From a bacterium (GTDB lineage Bacteria > Chloroflexota > Dormibacteria > Aeolococcales > Bog-877), in the NCBI GenBank assembly GCA_021785655.1, contig JAJYET010000003.1, forward strand, positions 34,937 through 98,936: DNA of 64,000 nucleotides, given 5' to 3'. Numbering within the stretch: position 1 is the stretch's first letter; each line of letters opens with the position of its first letter. The position numbers and the translations under genes are program-made. Shown one piece after another: positions 21,687-30,902 of this stretch. The notes beneath the pieces are model-generated. The model was not told where the DNA came from, made no database searches, and saw only the letters and a program-made list of their open reading frames with translations.

Positions 21687-22982
21687 GTGAATACTGGCAT
21701 CGCCGATCTTAGGGCGCGAGAGATTCTTGACTCGCGCGGCAATCCCACCGTGGAGGTCGAGGCCTTTCTGGAAGGCGGTGCCATGGCTCGAGCGGCGGTG
21801 CCGTCCGGGGCCTCGACGGGAAGCAAGGAGGCGGTCGAACTTCGAGACGGGGAGCAGGGACGCTACGGGGGCAAGGGCGTCCGGCGGGCCCTCGCCGAAG
21901 TCCGGGGTTCGATCCTCCCTGCGCTGCGCGGGATGGACGCCCGCCACCAGGCCCAAATCGACCAGACTCTGATCGACCTTGACGGCACTCCCAACAAGGG
22001 ACGGATCGGCGCCAACGTCATCCTCGGAGTCTCGCTCGCCTGTGCCCGGGCCGCGGCTCAAGCCGGCGGCCTTCCCCTCTATCGGTACCTGGGCGGGGTG
22101 GGCGCCAACCGCCTGCCGGTGCCGATGATGAACATCCTCAACGGGGGGGTCCACGCCCACTGGCAGGGCGCCGACTTCCAGGAGTTCATGATCGCGCCCT
22201 ACGGGGCGCCCAACTTCGCCGAGGCGCTGCGGTGGGGCTCGGAAGTCTACCGGGCGCTGCAGTCAGAGCTGGTCGCCCGGGAGATGTCCGTGGGGGTCGG
22301 GGACGAGGGCGGCTTCGCGCCCAGGGTAGGGTCCAACCGGGAGCCCCTGGACCTCATCATGGCCGCCGTGGAGAGGGCCGGTCTCCGGCCCGGTCCCGAT
22401 GTGGGGATCGCCATGGACCCGGCCTCCAGCGAGTTTCACCGAAACGGTCGCTACCACCTGCGCCGAGACGGCCTGCAGCTCGGCTCCGAGGAGATGGCCG
22501 CCTACTACGCCGAGCTGGTCGCTGAATATCCGATCTGCGTCCTGGAGGACGGCCTGGCCGAGGACGACTGGGATGGCTGGAAGGCCTTGAACCGGCTCAT
22601 CGGGCCGACCACCGAGCTGGTGGGCGATGACCTCTTCTGCACCAACCCCGCGCTCATCCAGCGGGGGATCGACGAGGACGTCGCCAACGCCGCTCTCATC
22701 AAGCTGAACCAGATCGGCACCCTGTCGGAGACCGTGGCCGCCACGCGGCTGGCGCAGTTCCACGGCTGGGGCGCCTTCGTCTCCCATCGCTCGGGAGAGA
22801 CCGTGGACAGCTTCATCGCCGACCTGACTGTGGGGCTGGACACCGGCCATCTGAAGTCGGGCGCCCCATCCCGGGGCGAGCGGGTGGAGAAGTACAACCA
22901 GCTCCTGCGGATCGAGGAGGAGCTGGGCCCCCAGGCTCGGTTCGCGGGCAAGGCGGCGTTCTCGCGCCCAGTGCGCTTCTAG
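21687..22982 (+). CDS. eno: Enolase (phosphopyruvate hydratase)
   Basis: IADLRAREILDSRGNPTVEVEAFLEGGAMARAAVPSGASTGSKEAVELRD is the canonical enolase N-terminus. 431 aa. Confidence 0.9.
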   Translation: MNTGIADLRAREILDSRGNPTVEVEAFLEGGAMARAAVPSGASTGSKEAVELRDGEQGRYGGKGVRRALAEVRGSILPALRGMDARHQAQIDQTLIDLDGTPNKGRIGANVILGVSLACARAAAQAGGLPLYRYLGGVGANRLPVPMMNILNGGVHAHWQGADFQEFMIAPYGAPNFAEALRWGSEVYRALQSELVAREMSVGVGDEGGFAPRVGSNREPLDLIMAAVERAGLRPGPDVGIAMDPASSEFHRNGRYHLRRDGLQLGSEEMAAYYAELVAEYPICVLEDGLAEDDWDGWKALNRLIGPTTELVGDDLFCTNPALIQRGIDEDVANAALIKLNQIGTLSETVAATRLAQFHGWGAFVSHRSGETVDSFIADLTVGLDTGHLKSGAPSRGERVEKYNQLLRIEEELGPQARFAGKAAFSRPVRF

Positions 22983-23008
22983 GGACAGGGGCGCACGGTG
23001 CCCCTGGG

Positions 23009-23989
23009 TCAGCCGAAGAGCCGCCGCAGCCGGTACCGGTGCCGGGCGTAAACGTAGGCGACGAGTCCGGCGGCGGTGGCCACTCCCTGGTCCGCCACCC
23101 GCTGCATCAGGGCCACCGCCGTGGCCGGTGCCGGAGGCAACCCGGCCACGATGAGGATCCCGGCGAAGGTCGCCTCAGAGGCCCCAAGGCCTCCGGGGAT
23201 GAGGCTGATCGCCCCGCCGATGCTGGCGACCGCGTAGACCGAGGCCGCCTCGGGCCAGCTCAACCGCCCGGGGGCCAGGGCGCTGAGCACGAGCCAGAAC
23301 GCCGTGCTCATGGCCATCACCTGGGCCAGGCTGATGAAGGACCAGCCCAGGGTGTCAGGCCGGTGGAGCAGCTCCACCGTCTCGGCGTGCAGCTCGTCCA
23401 GGGGGTCGAGCAGCCGACGTACCCCCAGGATGCGCTCCCCCGTGGCGTGCAGGACGTGGAAAAGCGAGGGCACGGTGAGCACGGCCAGTGCCAACCCGGC
23501 CACCACCACCGCGACGACCGGGATCGCCGGATTGACTTGGAACTCGAACAGCCCTGGCACCGCCACCACCACCAGGAGCAGCCCATAGATCAACTCCTGG
23601 ACCGTGACGGTGGCCAGGACGTCGCTGAATGGCGCCCGGGCCTGGCGCGCGGCCAGCACCACCCGGGTCAGCTCCCCCAGCGGCAGCAGCGTCGTCACTT
23701 GGCCAGCGAGGTTGATCGAGATCGTCTCGCCCCAGCTGAGGCGCACCCCAACATCCCGAAGAAGGAACTGCCAGCGCACTCCCTGAAGGGTGTAGTACCC
23801 GACCGAGCAGGCGATGATCGCCGGGATCAGGAGCAGGTCGAAGTGCTCGAGCGAGCTGCCCAACTTGCTGGGGTTGATGAGCAGGATCAGGGCGGCCACG
23901 CCGGCGAGCCCCACCACGCCGGCGAGCCATGTGCCCAGGCGACGGCGCCCCCGCTGCCGGCCGCCGTCGTCCAACCTCATGGGCTGCAT
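23009..23989 (-). CDS. Flippase-like / lysylphosphatidylglycerol-synthase TM-region family membrane protein (UPF0104)
   Basis: Polytopic membrane protein with the LPGS_2/UPF0104-type layout (LGTWLAGVVGLAGVAALILL..., many TM helices). Start set to an internal ATG (MQPMRLDD), because the first ~50 ORF-track codons are Arg/Pro-rich. Confidence 0.6.
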   Translation of the reverse strand: MQPMRLDDGGRQRGRRRLGTWLAGVVGLAGVAALILLINPSKLGSSLEHFDLLLIPAIIACSVGYYTLQGVRWQFLLRDVGVRLSWGETISINLAGQVTTLLPLGELTRVVLAARQARAPFSDVLATVTVQELIYGLLLVVVAVPGLFEFQVNPAIPVVAVVVAGLALAVLTVPSLFHVLHATGERILGVRRLLDPLDELHAETVELLHRPDTLGWSFISLAQVMAMSTAFWLVLSALAPGRLSWPEAASVYAVASIGGAISLIPGGLGASEATFAGILIVAGLPPAPATAVALMQRVADQGVATAAGLVAYVYARHRYRLRRLFG

Positions 23990-24099
23990 GGTCCTCCCCG
24001 GCCCGACTGCCTCCTCCATCCTTGGTCGCCTCGTAGCGTACGAAGACGAAGCGGTGGCCGCCACCGCCCCGGGGTGGGGCAGCTGACTATGCTCCCTTC

Positions 24100-25104
24100 G
24101 TGGACTCCGCCCCCTGGCCGCTCCTGCCGGCCGACCTGGAGGATGCACGCCGGCGGCTCGAAGGCCGGGTCCACCGGACCCCCCTGTTTCACTCCCGGCT
24201 CCTGGACGAGAGGGTCGGCCGAACCGTGTGGCTGAAGGCGGAGAACCTGCAACGCGCGGGATCGTTCAAGGCCAGAGGCGCGTTCAACGCCGTTCTCGCG
24301 GGCCTCGAGGCCGGCGACAGGCGCGGCGTCCTGGCCGTCTCCTCAGGCAACCACGGCCAGGCGGTGGCTCTGGCGGCGGGCGAACTCGGCCTGCCCGCCA
24401 CGATCGTGATGCCCGAAAACAGCTCCCAGGTGAAGGTCACCGCGGTGCGGGCATACAACGCCCGGGTGGTGACTGCCGGGGTGACAGGGCAAAACCGTGA
24501 GCAGGTGGCCGCGGACCTCGCTGCCAGGCAAGGGCTGCGGCTGATCCACCCCCACGACGATCCCCTGGTGATGGCCGGCCAGTCCACCGTGGCGATGGAG
24601 CTGGCAGAGCAGCTGGCCGAGCTGGGAGCCCGGCCCTGGGCCGTCCTGGCGCCCCTGGGGGGCGGGGGGCTCCTCTCCGGGCTATGCCTCGGAGTGGCGA
24701 GCTGGCTGCCCGGGGTCCATGTCCTGGGGGTCGAGCCCGAGACCGCCGACGATGGCGCCAGGTCCTTCTACTCGGGCGACCTGGTCACCCTGGACGAGGT
24801 GCCCCAGACCGCGGCAGACGGGGTGCGCACCCTTCACCTGGGCCGGCGCTGCTGGGAGGTGATCCGGGCCCGGGCCCAGGGGGTCCTGACCGTCGGCGAG
24901 ACCGAGCTGGCCGAGGCCGCGTACTGGCTGTTCACCCGCCTCAAGCTCGTCGTGGAGCCCACCGGAGCGCTGGCCGTCGCCGCCCTCCTGCATGAGCGAC
25001 CCGAGATCCCGGCGGGAATGGAGGCGGTGTGCATCCTGAGCGGTGGCAACTGCCTGCCGGAGCAGCTCGCAGAGTTCACGGCGAGTCGTAGCCACCCGGT
25101 CTGA
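24100..25104 (+). CDS. PLP-dependent threonine/serine dehydratase (IlvA/TdcB catalytic domain only, no ACT domain)
   Basis: WLKAENLQRAGSFKARGAFNAV (PLP-lysine motif), VSSGNHGQAVALAAG, SGGNC. 334 aa. Confidence 0.75.
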   Translation: MDSAPWPLLPADLEDARRRLEGRVHRTPLFHSRLLDERVGRTVWLKAENLQRAGSFKARGAFNAVLAGLEAGDRRGVLAVSSGNHGQAVALAAGELGLPATIVMPENSSQVKVTAVRAYNARVVTAGVTGQNREQVAADLAARQGLRLIHPHDDPLVMAGQSTVAMELAEQLAELGARPWAVLAPLGGGGLLSGLCLGVASWLPGVHVLGVEPETADDGARSFYSGDLVTLDEVPQTAADGVRTLHLGRRCWEVIRARAQGVLTVGETELAEAAYWLFTRLKLVVEPTGALAVAALLHERPEIPAGMEAVCILSGGNCLPEQLAEFTASRSHPV

Positions 25105-25125
25105 ACTGAAGCACTCCGGGCGCCG

Positions 25126-26592
25126 TCAGCTGGCCACCCTCTGCCAGCGGCCTCCGGAGAAGAGCCAGGTGGCGGAGCTGAACCCCGACCCGGTGCTGGT
25201 ACCACCCCCGAAGAGCAGGACGCCTCTCCCCGACGGCGCTGCCGCCATCGCTTCGAAGGAGTAGACCGGTGGTCCGCCCTGGCCCCCGATGGGCACCCAG
25301 CCGGTACCCTCCAGCGCCCAGGTGCGATGGGCCGCCCCGGCCCCGGCGTACAGAACGACGGTCCCCAGGGCGGGGTCGGTGGCCATGGCCGAGTAGGCCA
25401 GAGGTCCGGGGGCTGAGGAGGCAGCCACCTCCTTCCACCCCACCCCCGTCCAGGCCCAGGTGTCCTGGAGCCGGGCACTGCCGTTGGAGCCCCCGTAGAG
25501 GACCAGCTCGCCGAGCTGAGGATCGTAAGCCAAGGCCGCCGCCGTGCGCGCCTCGGGAGAGATGGCAAGGCGCAGCCGGCGCCACCCCGTCCGGGACCAC
25601 AGCATGGTGTCACCCAGGGCGCGACCCGCGGCGGTGTCACCCCCGAACAGCAGGAGCTGTCCGCTGCGCGGGTCGTAAGCCACGGCCGGGAAGCGCCGCC
25701 CCGTCAGAGTTCCGCTCGGGAGGGTCCGCCACCCTCCGTCCCAGCTCCAGGTGGACCGGAGCGCCGGCCCCAGACCCTGGGACCCCGCCCCGCCCACGAT
25801 CACCGCCCCGCCCCAGCCGGCGTCGTAGGCCCCACCCGCGTACCCCAAGGGCGGTGGGCCGGAGGAACTGCTGGTCCTCGTCCAGCCTCTCCCGTTCCAC
25901 AGCCATGGCGAATTGGAGCAGGTGAGCCGGTTGCACCCCCCGACGAGCAGGTCCTGATTGCGCAGGGCATCGAAGACCAGCACCGACCCGCCCAGGGCGG
26001 GAGGGCCAGCCACCCCGGGGGCCCGCAACTGCTGCGCCACGCTGAGGGCCGTCACGGCCGAGACGGCCACCACCGCTACTCCAGCAGCCAGAGCTTCGAT
26101 CCGGCGTCGGGCCGACCCACCCTTCGCCGCGTCGCTCCAAGCCCAAAGGCTGAGCCCTTGCCAGCTCCCGGTGCGCCAGAGGACCAGCGCCAAAAGGGTG
26201 TAGACGGGTCCTGAGCTGAGGTCGGTGGTCCCACCCGCAAAGGGGAGCCCGAGCCCCTGACCGAAGAGCCAGATCAGAAGAAAGAGGGGTATCGCTGCCA
26301 CCAGCGCGGGCTCGGCGAAGCTGCCCACGGTGATCGCCAGCCCCATGAGCGCCTCCACCCCCGCCAGCAGCCCGTTGGCGACCGCCGGGTTGTGGGCTGC
26401 CGTCTCAGCCGCCATGAGCAGGAGCGAGCGGAGCGGCTCGGGGCTGACCGAGGCGTTGGAGTACAGGATCCCGTCGAAGACCTGGTAGGTGCCCGGCTGG
26501 AACTCCAAGGCGGAGTCGGCCAGGAGCAAGAGCCCGAAGGCGATCCGTACCAGGGGAAGCCAGCGTGGGAGCCCAGCTCGCTCCCGAGACAT
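25126..26592 (-). CDS. Membrane-anchored Kelch-repeat (beta-propeller) protein
   Basis: An N-terminal ~170 aa with 4 hydrophobic helices is followed by repeated Kelch-like blades (AYDPRSGQLLLFGG, AYDPQLGELVLYGG, GTVVLYAG, GVLLFGGG; W..GxGW spacing). Confidence 0.6.
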   Translation of the reverse strand: MSRERAGLPRWLPLVRIAFGLLLLADSALEFQPGTYQVFDGILYSNASVSPEPLRSLLLMAAETAAHNPAVANGLLAGVEALMGLAITVGSFAEPALVAAIPLFLLIWLFGQGLGLPFAGGTTDLSSGPVYTLLALVLWRTGSWQGLSLWAWSDAAKGGSARRRIEALAAGVAVVAVSAVTALSVAQQLRAPGVAGPPALGGSVLVFDALRNQDLLVGGCNRLTCSNSPWLWNGRGWTRTSSSSGPPPLGYAGGAYDAGWGGAVIVGGAGSQGLGPALRSTWSWDGGWRTLPSGTLTGRRFPAVAYDPRSGQLLLFGGDTAAGRALGDTMLWSRTGWRRLRLAISPEARTAAALAYDPQLGELVLYGGSNGSARLQDTWAWTGVGWKEVAASSAPGPLAYSAMATDPALGTVVLYAGAGAAHRTWALEGTGWVPIGGQGGPPVYSFEAMAAAPSGRGVLLFGGGTSTGSGFSSATWLFSGGRWQRVAS

Positions 26593-26600
26593 CGTGGGAG

Positions 26601-27812
26601 TCAGCCCAGAAGCCGCAGCAGTCTGGCCATACCCTCAGCCAGGTCCTGGTCAGCCAAGGCATAGGAGAAGCGCACATAGCCGGGGGCCCCGAAGGCCTCT
26701 CCCGGAACCACGGCTACCCGGGCCTCCTCCAGGAGGACCGCAGCCAGCTCGGCGGAGGTGTCCACCCGGTGCCCGCCGATCTCCCTTCCCAGCGCACCTC
26801 GAACTGAGGGAAACAGGTAGAAGGCCCCCTCCGGCGCCGGACACTCGAAGCCCGGGACCCGATCCATGTAAGCCAGCATCGCCGACCGGCGGCGGGCGAA
26901 GGCCGCGCGCATCTCCTCCAGCGCGGGCGCTCCGTGCTCCAGCGCGGCCAGGGCGGCCAGCTGGGAGATGTTGCTGATGTTGCCGCAGACGTGGGACTGC
27001 AGGTTGGCGGCGGCCTCCACCGTGCTCCGCGGCCCCACCATCCAGCCCACGCGCCACCCGGTCATCGAGTAGGCCTTGGCCACCCCATTGAGCCGAAGAG
27101 CCCGACCTGCAAGCTCGGGCACCACCGCCGGGAGGGAGTTGAATTCGGCACCATCGTAGGTGAAGTGGTCGTAGATCTCGTCGCACACCACCCACAACCC
27201 GTGGTCCAGCGCCCAGCGCCCGATGGCCAGCATCTGCTCCCTCCGGTACACCGACCCGGTGGGATTGGATGGGGAAACGAACAAGAGAGCCTTAGTCCTG
27301 GGGGTTAGATGCTGGTCCAGGTCCCCCGGGCTGACGCGGAAGCCGGTGGCCTCAGTGGTGGGAACTGGCACCGCCCGCCCCCCCGCCAGAGCGATGGCCT
27401 CGGGGAAGGTCACCCAGTACGGGCTGGGGACCAGCACCTCGTCTCCGGGGTCAAGGAGGACGGTAAAGGCATGGGCCACGGCCTGCTTGGTCCCGTTGGT
27501 GATCAGCACCTGCTCGGGAAACAGGTCCAACCCGTCCCGCCTTCCGGTCTGGCGGGCCACGGCTTGCCGAAGCTCCGGCAGGCCCGCCGCCGGGGTGTAG
27601 TGGTGCAGCCGCGGGTCGTGGCACGCCCTTGCAGCGGCCTCGACCACCACCTGGGGGGTGTCGAAATCGGGCTCCCCGGCAGCGAACGAGATCACGTCGC
27701 TCCCAGCGGCACGGAGCTCCTTGACCCGCCGGTCCAGGGCGAGGGTGGCCGACTCCGAGATCGCGGCCACCCGCCGGGAGATCGCCTGGTGATCCGCTTC
27801 CCCTGAGGGCAC
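26601..27812 (-). CDS. Aspartate/aromatic aminotransferase, class I PLP (AspAT Ib-like)
   Basis: ISRRVAAISESATLALDRRVKELRAAGSDVISFAAGEPDFDTP...NPTG...SKAYSMTGWRVG matches Thermus-type AspAT. The start was moved to GTG at 27812, which is preceded by GGAGGA at -7. The ORF-track start at 27863 would overlap serC. Confidence 0.8.
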   Translation of the reverse strand: MPSGEADHQAISRRVAAISESATLALDRRVKELRAAGSDVISFAAGEPDFDTPQVVVEAAARACHDPRLHHYTPAAGLPELRQAVARQTGRRDGLDLFPEQVLITNGTKQAVAHAFTVLLDPGDEVLVPSPYWVTFPEAIALAGGRAVPVPTTEATGFRVSPGDLDQHLTPRTKALLFVSPSNPTGSVYRREQMLAIGRWALDHGLWVVCDEIYDHFTYDGAEFNSLPAVVPELAGRALRLNGVAKAYSMTGWRVGWMVGPRSTVEAAANLQSHVCGNISNISQLAALAALEHGAPALEEMRAAFARRRSAMLAYMDRVPGFECPAPEGAFYLFPSVRGALGREIGGHRVDTSAELAAVLLEEARVAVVPGEAFGAPGYVRFSYALADQDLAEGMARLLRLLG

Positions 27813-27826
27813 TAGACTTCCTCCTG

Positions 27827-28972
27827 ATGGCCACCGATAGTGGTGCCGACCTGCTGATACCACAGGATCTGCTTCCTGGCGATGGGCGGTTCGGGTGTGG
27901 CCCCTCTAAGGTACCGGCTACGGCCGTCGCCAGACTGGCCGAGGCCGCACCTCTGCTCCTCGGCACCAGTCACCGTCAGCCCCCGGTGAAACAGCTGGTG
28001 GGCCGCCTCCGTTCCGGGATCAGCCAGTTGTTCTCCCTGCCGGAGGGGTACGAGGTGGCTCTGGGGAATGGTGGTGCAAGTCTCTTCTGGGATCTGGCGA
28101 CCCTCTGTCTGATCGAGCGCCGCAGCCAGCACCTGGTTTTCGGGGAGTTTTCATCCAAGTTCGCCCAGATCGTGCAAAACGCTCCTCACCTGGCGCCTCC
28201 GGAGGTGATCGAAAGCGAGCCGGGCACCTGCCCCCAGCCGCACTCCGATGAGGACCTGGATGCCTACTGCCTCACCCACAACGAGACCTCCACAGGGGTC
28301 CAGGGCGAGGTTCGCCGGATTGGCTCACCGGGGCAGTTGGTTCTGGTCGACGGCACCTCAGCGGCGGGAGGGCTGCCACTGGACGCCGGCTCCGTCGACG
28401 CCTACTACTTCTCCCCGCAGAAGTGCTTTGCCTCGGACGGCGGTCTCTGGGTCGCGCTCCTCTCGCCCGCCGCGATCGAGCGCTCCGACCGACTCGGGAG
28501 CACATCCCGGTGGATTCCGAGCTCCCTAGATCTGAACCTGGCGCTCCAGAACTCGCGCCAGGACCAGACCTACAATACCCCCGCCGTGGCGACTCTGTTT
28601 CTCTTCGCCCAGCAGGTGGAGTGGATCCTTGACCAGGGCGGGTTGTCCTGGGCGGCCGCCCGCTGCCGCCAGTCGGCGAGCATCGTGTACGGGTGGGCGG
28701 ACCGGGCAGATTACGCAACACCCTTCGTCCAGGATCCGAACCGGCGCAGCCAGGTGGTCGCCACCATCGACCTCTCCCCCGAGGTCCCCGCCGGCGCAGT
28801 TTCCAAGGTTCTCAGGCGAAACGGGATCGTGGACATCGACGGCTACCGCAAGCTGGGACGCAACCAGTTGCGCATCGGGCTCTTCCCCGCCGTCGAGCCG
28901 GAGGACGCCGCCCGCCTCACCCGGGCGATCGACTGGGTGGCCGAACGGATCGGTGTCGCAGATCACGCTTAG
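27827..28972 (+). CDS. serC: Phosphoserine aminotransferase, actinobacterial SerC type
   Basis: DGRFGCGPSKVPA...FGTSHRQPPVKQLVGRLRSGISQLFSLPEGYEVALGNGGA...NETSTGV...YYFSPQKCFASDGGLW is collinear with mycobacterial SerC (DGRFGSGPSKV...). Confidence 0.85.
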   Translation: MATDSGADLLIPQDLLPGDGRFGCGPSKVPATAVARLAEAAPLLLGTSHRQPPVKQLVGRLRSGISQLFSLPEGYEVALGNGGASLFWDLATLCLIERRSQHLVFGEFSSKFAQIVQNAPHLAPPEVIESEPGTCPQPHSDEDLDAYCLTHNETSTGVQGEVRRIGSPGQLVLVDGTSAAGGLPLDAGSVDAYYFSPQKCFASDGGLWVALLSPAAIERSDRLGSTSRWIPSSLDLNLALQNSRQDQTYNTPAVATLFLFAQQVEWILDQGGLSWAAARCRQSASIVYGWADRADYATPFVQDPNRRSQVVATIDLSPEVPAGAVSKVLRRNGIVDIDGYRKLGRNQLRIGLFPAVEPEDAARLTRAIDWVAERIGVADHA

Positions 28973-29041
28973 GGGCGCGGCGGCGGGGCGCACGCGGTGC
29001 GCTGATCCGGGGGCGGTCTCCGCCCGCCGACCCGGGACGCG

Positions 29042-30001
29042 GTGATGCTCGCCGACGACTTCGGCGTAGGCGACAAGGTCGAGGAGGCATTCCTTCGGCT
29101 GGGCTCAGGCGACCTCGAGGTCCTGCGCCCCTTGCTTCGGGAGCGGGCCGAGGCCCAGGTTGGAGATGCGGTGCTTGCCGGGCTGGTGGCCCAGCAGGTG
29201 CTGCTCGACCTCTCCGCGCGCACCCTGCTGGACTTTGCGTCCCCGGGCGACCTCGCCGCGTGGCTGGCGATTCGGATCCCCCAGACGGCGGCCCTGTTCC
29301 TCGGTGCCCTGCCCCCCCTGTCGGCTGCCCCCACCCCAGCCCCATCGGGCAGCCTGCGGACGGTGTGGTCCCGGGTCTGGGCGGCGGCCGTCACCCTTCC
29401 CACGCTGGCGGCGGCGACCGCCGTGGCGTCGATCGGATCCGCCTCCGCCGCGGTCCTTCTCACGGCGACCATCGCCTCGTCTCCGGCCGCCCTGGGGCCC
29501 GCGCCGTCGCTGGTCACCCCCCTTCCCATTGCCTCCAGCCCCCGGGTGCTTCCGGCACCCACCCCCCAGGCCGTCCCCGCCCCCCGCAGCGTCCCAACCA
29601 CCACTCCCCCGCGATCCGCGTCCGTTCCCGCCGCCCTCGCACCGGTCTCGGTTTCCAGCCCCCCTCCGGCCACTTCTCCGCACACCACGCCGACTCCCCC
29701 GACCACGCCACCCACACCACCCCCACCATCCCCACCGCCCACCTCCACTCCACCTCCGGCCCCCACCCCCTCGCCTGGCTGTGGGAGCCAGGACCAGGGG
29801 CCGCCCGGGTGCCCCTGCACGGGCGGTGACGACCACGACGACGGCGGACCGCCAGGCTGTCACTGCCCGGTGAACGGCGACGGGTGCCACCACCATCATC
29901 ACGACCATCCGCCGTGCGACCCGCCGGCTGGCGGGTCACCCAATCCTGCCCCTGATCCGGGCGCGGCATCCCCTGGACATGCGGATCGCCCTGGCAGCTG
30001 A
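29042..30001 (+). CDS. Hypothetical protein: N-terminal alpha domain, hydrophobic segment, Pro/Thr/Ser-rich linker, Cys/His-rich C-terminal tail
   Basis: 319-aa ORF with high GC3 throughout. The tail is GCGSQDQGPPGCPCTGGDDHDDGGPPGCHCPVNGDGCHHHHHDHPPCDPP. The stop overlaps the start of the downstream recombinase gene by 23 nt. Confidence 0.45.
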   Translation: MMLADDFGVGDKVEEAFLRLGSGDLEVLRPLLRERAEAQVGDAVLAGLVAQQVLLDLSARTLLDFASPGDLAAWLAIRIPQTAALFLGALPPLSAAPTPAPSGSLRTVWSRVWAAAVTLPTLAAATAVASIGSASAAVLLTATIASSPAALGPAPSLVTPLPIASSPRVLPAPTPQAVPAPRSVPTTTPPRSASVPAALAPVSVSSPPPATSPHTTPTPPTTPPTPPPPSPPPTSTPPPAPTPSPGCGSQDQGPPGCPCTGGDDHDDGGPPGCHCPVNGDGCHHHHHDHPPCDPPAGGSPNPAPDPGAASPGHADRPGS

Positions 30002-30902
30002 CGAGTACCTGACCTACCTGGCGGTAGACAGGGCCAGGAGCCCGCAGACCCTGCGGGCCTACGGGCTAGACCTGCAGCGGGCCCTCGAATTCTGGTCGGG
30101 ATTGAGCCGGCGGCCCGAGCAGGTCTCAGAGCTCGACCGCGACCTGGTTCGCGCCTATCAGCGCCACCTGGGTGAGAGCGGCCTGGCCCTGAGCTCCCGG
30201 GCCCGCCGCCTCCAGGCGCTCCGCAGCTTTCTGCACCACTGCGAGCGGGAGGGGTGGACCGACCAGGACCTCGCCGCCCACATCGACATCCCCAAGGTGT
30301 CGGCTCCACTCCCCAAGCCGCTCAGCACCGCCGATACGCGGCGCCTTCTGGCGTCGCTCCCCGTCGCCGCCGAGGAGGAGCTGCGCGACCGGGCCCTGGT
30401 CCACTTCCTGGTCAGCTCGGGGTGCCGCATCTCCGAGGCCCTGGCCCTCGACCGCAGTGACATCAACCCCGAGGGCCGGCTGGTGGTGCGGGGAAAGGGC
30501 TCGAAGGAGCGCATGGTGGAGCTGACTCCGGCGGCCCTGGACGCCATTTCCAGTTACCTGGAGGCCCGCCACGATCGGGAATCCGCGCTCTTCCTCAATT
30601 ACGACCGTCGCTCCAAGGCCCGCGGCGGTCGGCGCCTCACGGCCGCCGGCGCTCGCCACGTGATCCGCCGCCTGCGCCGGGAGCTGGGGGTGGAGGGGCT
30701 GCGCTCACCCCACGTCCTGCGTCACACCACGGCCACCGAACTGCTGACCATCACCGGCAACGTCCGGCTGGTCCAGGAGGTGCTGGGGCACGCCAACCTC
30801 AACACGATGCAGGGGTACACCAAGGTGGTGGACCAGTCGCGCCGGGCCGCCTACCGGGAGCTGGCGCGCCGGCTCGAGCCCTCGCTGCCGCCTACGGAGT
30901 AG
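29979..30902 (+). CDS. Tyrosine site-specific recombinase, XerC/XerD family
   Basis: N-terminal SAM-like core-binding domain (EYLTYLAVDRARSPQTLRAYGLDLQRALEF). The catalytic domain has R...HVLRHTTATELL...GHANLNTMQGYTKV (R-H-R-Y signature). 307 aa. Confidence 0.8.
   Translation: MRIALAADEYLTYLAVDRARSPQTLRAYGLDLQRALEFWSGLSRRPEQVSELDRDLVRAYQRHLGESGLALSSRARRLQALRSFLHHCEREGWTDQDLAAHIDIPKVSAPLPKPLSTADTRRLLASLPVAAEEELRDRALVHFLVSSGCRISEALALDRSDINPEGRLVVRGKGSKERMVELTPAALDAISSYLEARHDRESALFLNYDRRSKARGGRRLTAAGARHVIRRLRRELGVEGLRSPHVLRHTTATELLTITGNVRLVQEVLGHANLNTMQGYTKVVDQSRRAAYRELARRLEPSLPPTE

Noticed and set aside
23039-24235. 398-aa plus-strand ORF
   Set aside because: It is antisense to the flippase-like membrane protein gene and has extreme Arg/Gly/His/Asp composition, so it is a GC-frame artefact. 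The same reasoning was applied to 20663-21466(-), 43226-44461(+), 57176-58234(+), 49819-50838(+), 39028-40656(+), 17894-19258(-) and 35876-36895(-).
29560-29800. Low-complexity CCN/ACN nucleotide repeats (ccacgccgactcccccgaccacgccacccacaccaccccc...) that could be mistaken for a tandem repeat or CRISPR-like array
   Set aside because: There is no regular repeat-spacer periodicity. It is the Pro/Thr-rich linker of the ORF 29042-30001 and also reads as Gly/Arg-rich on the opposite strand.
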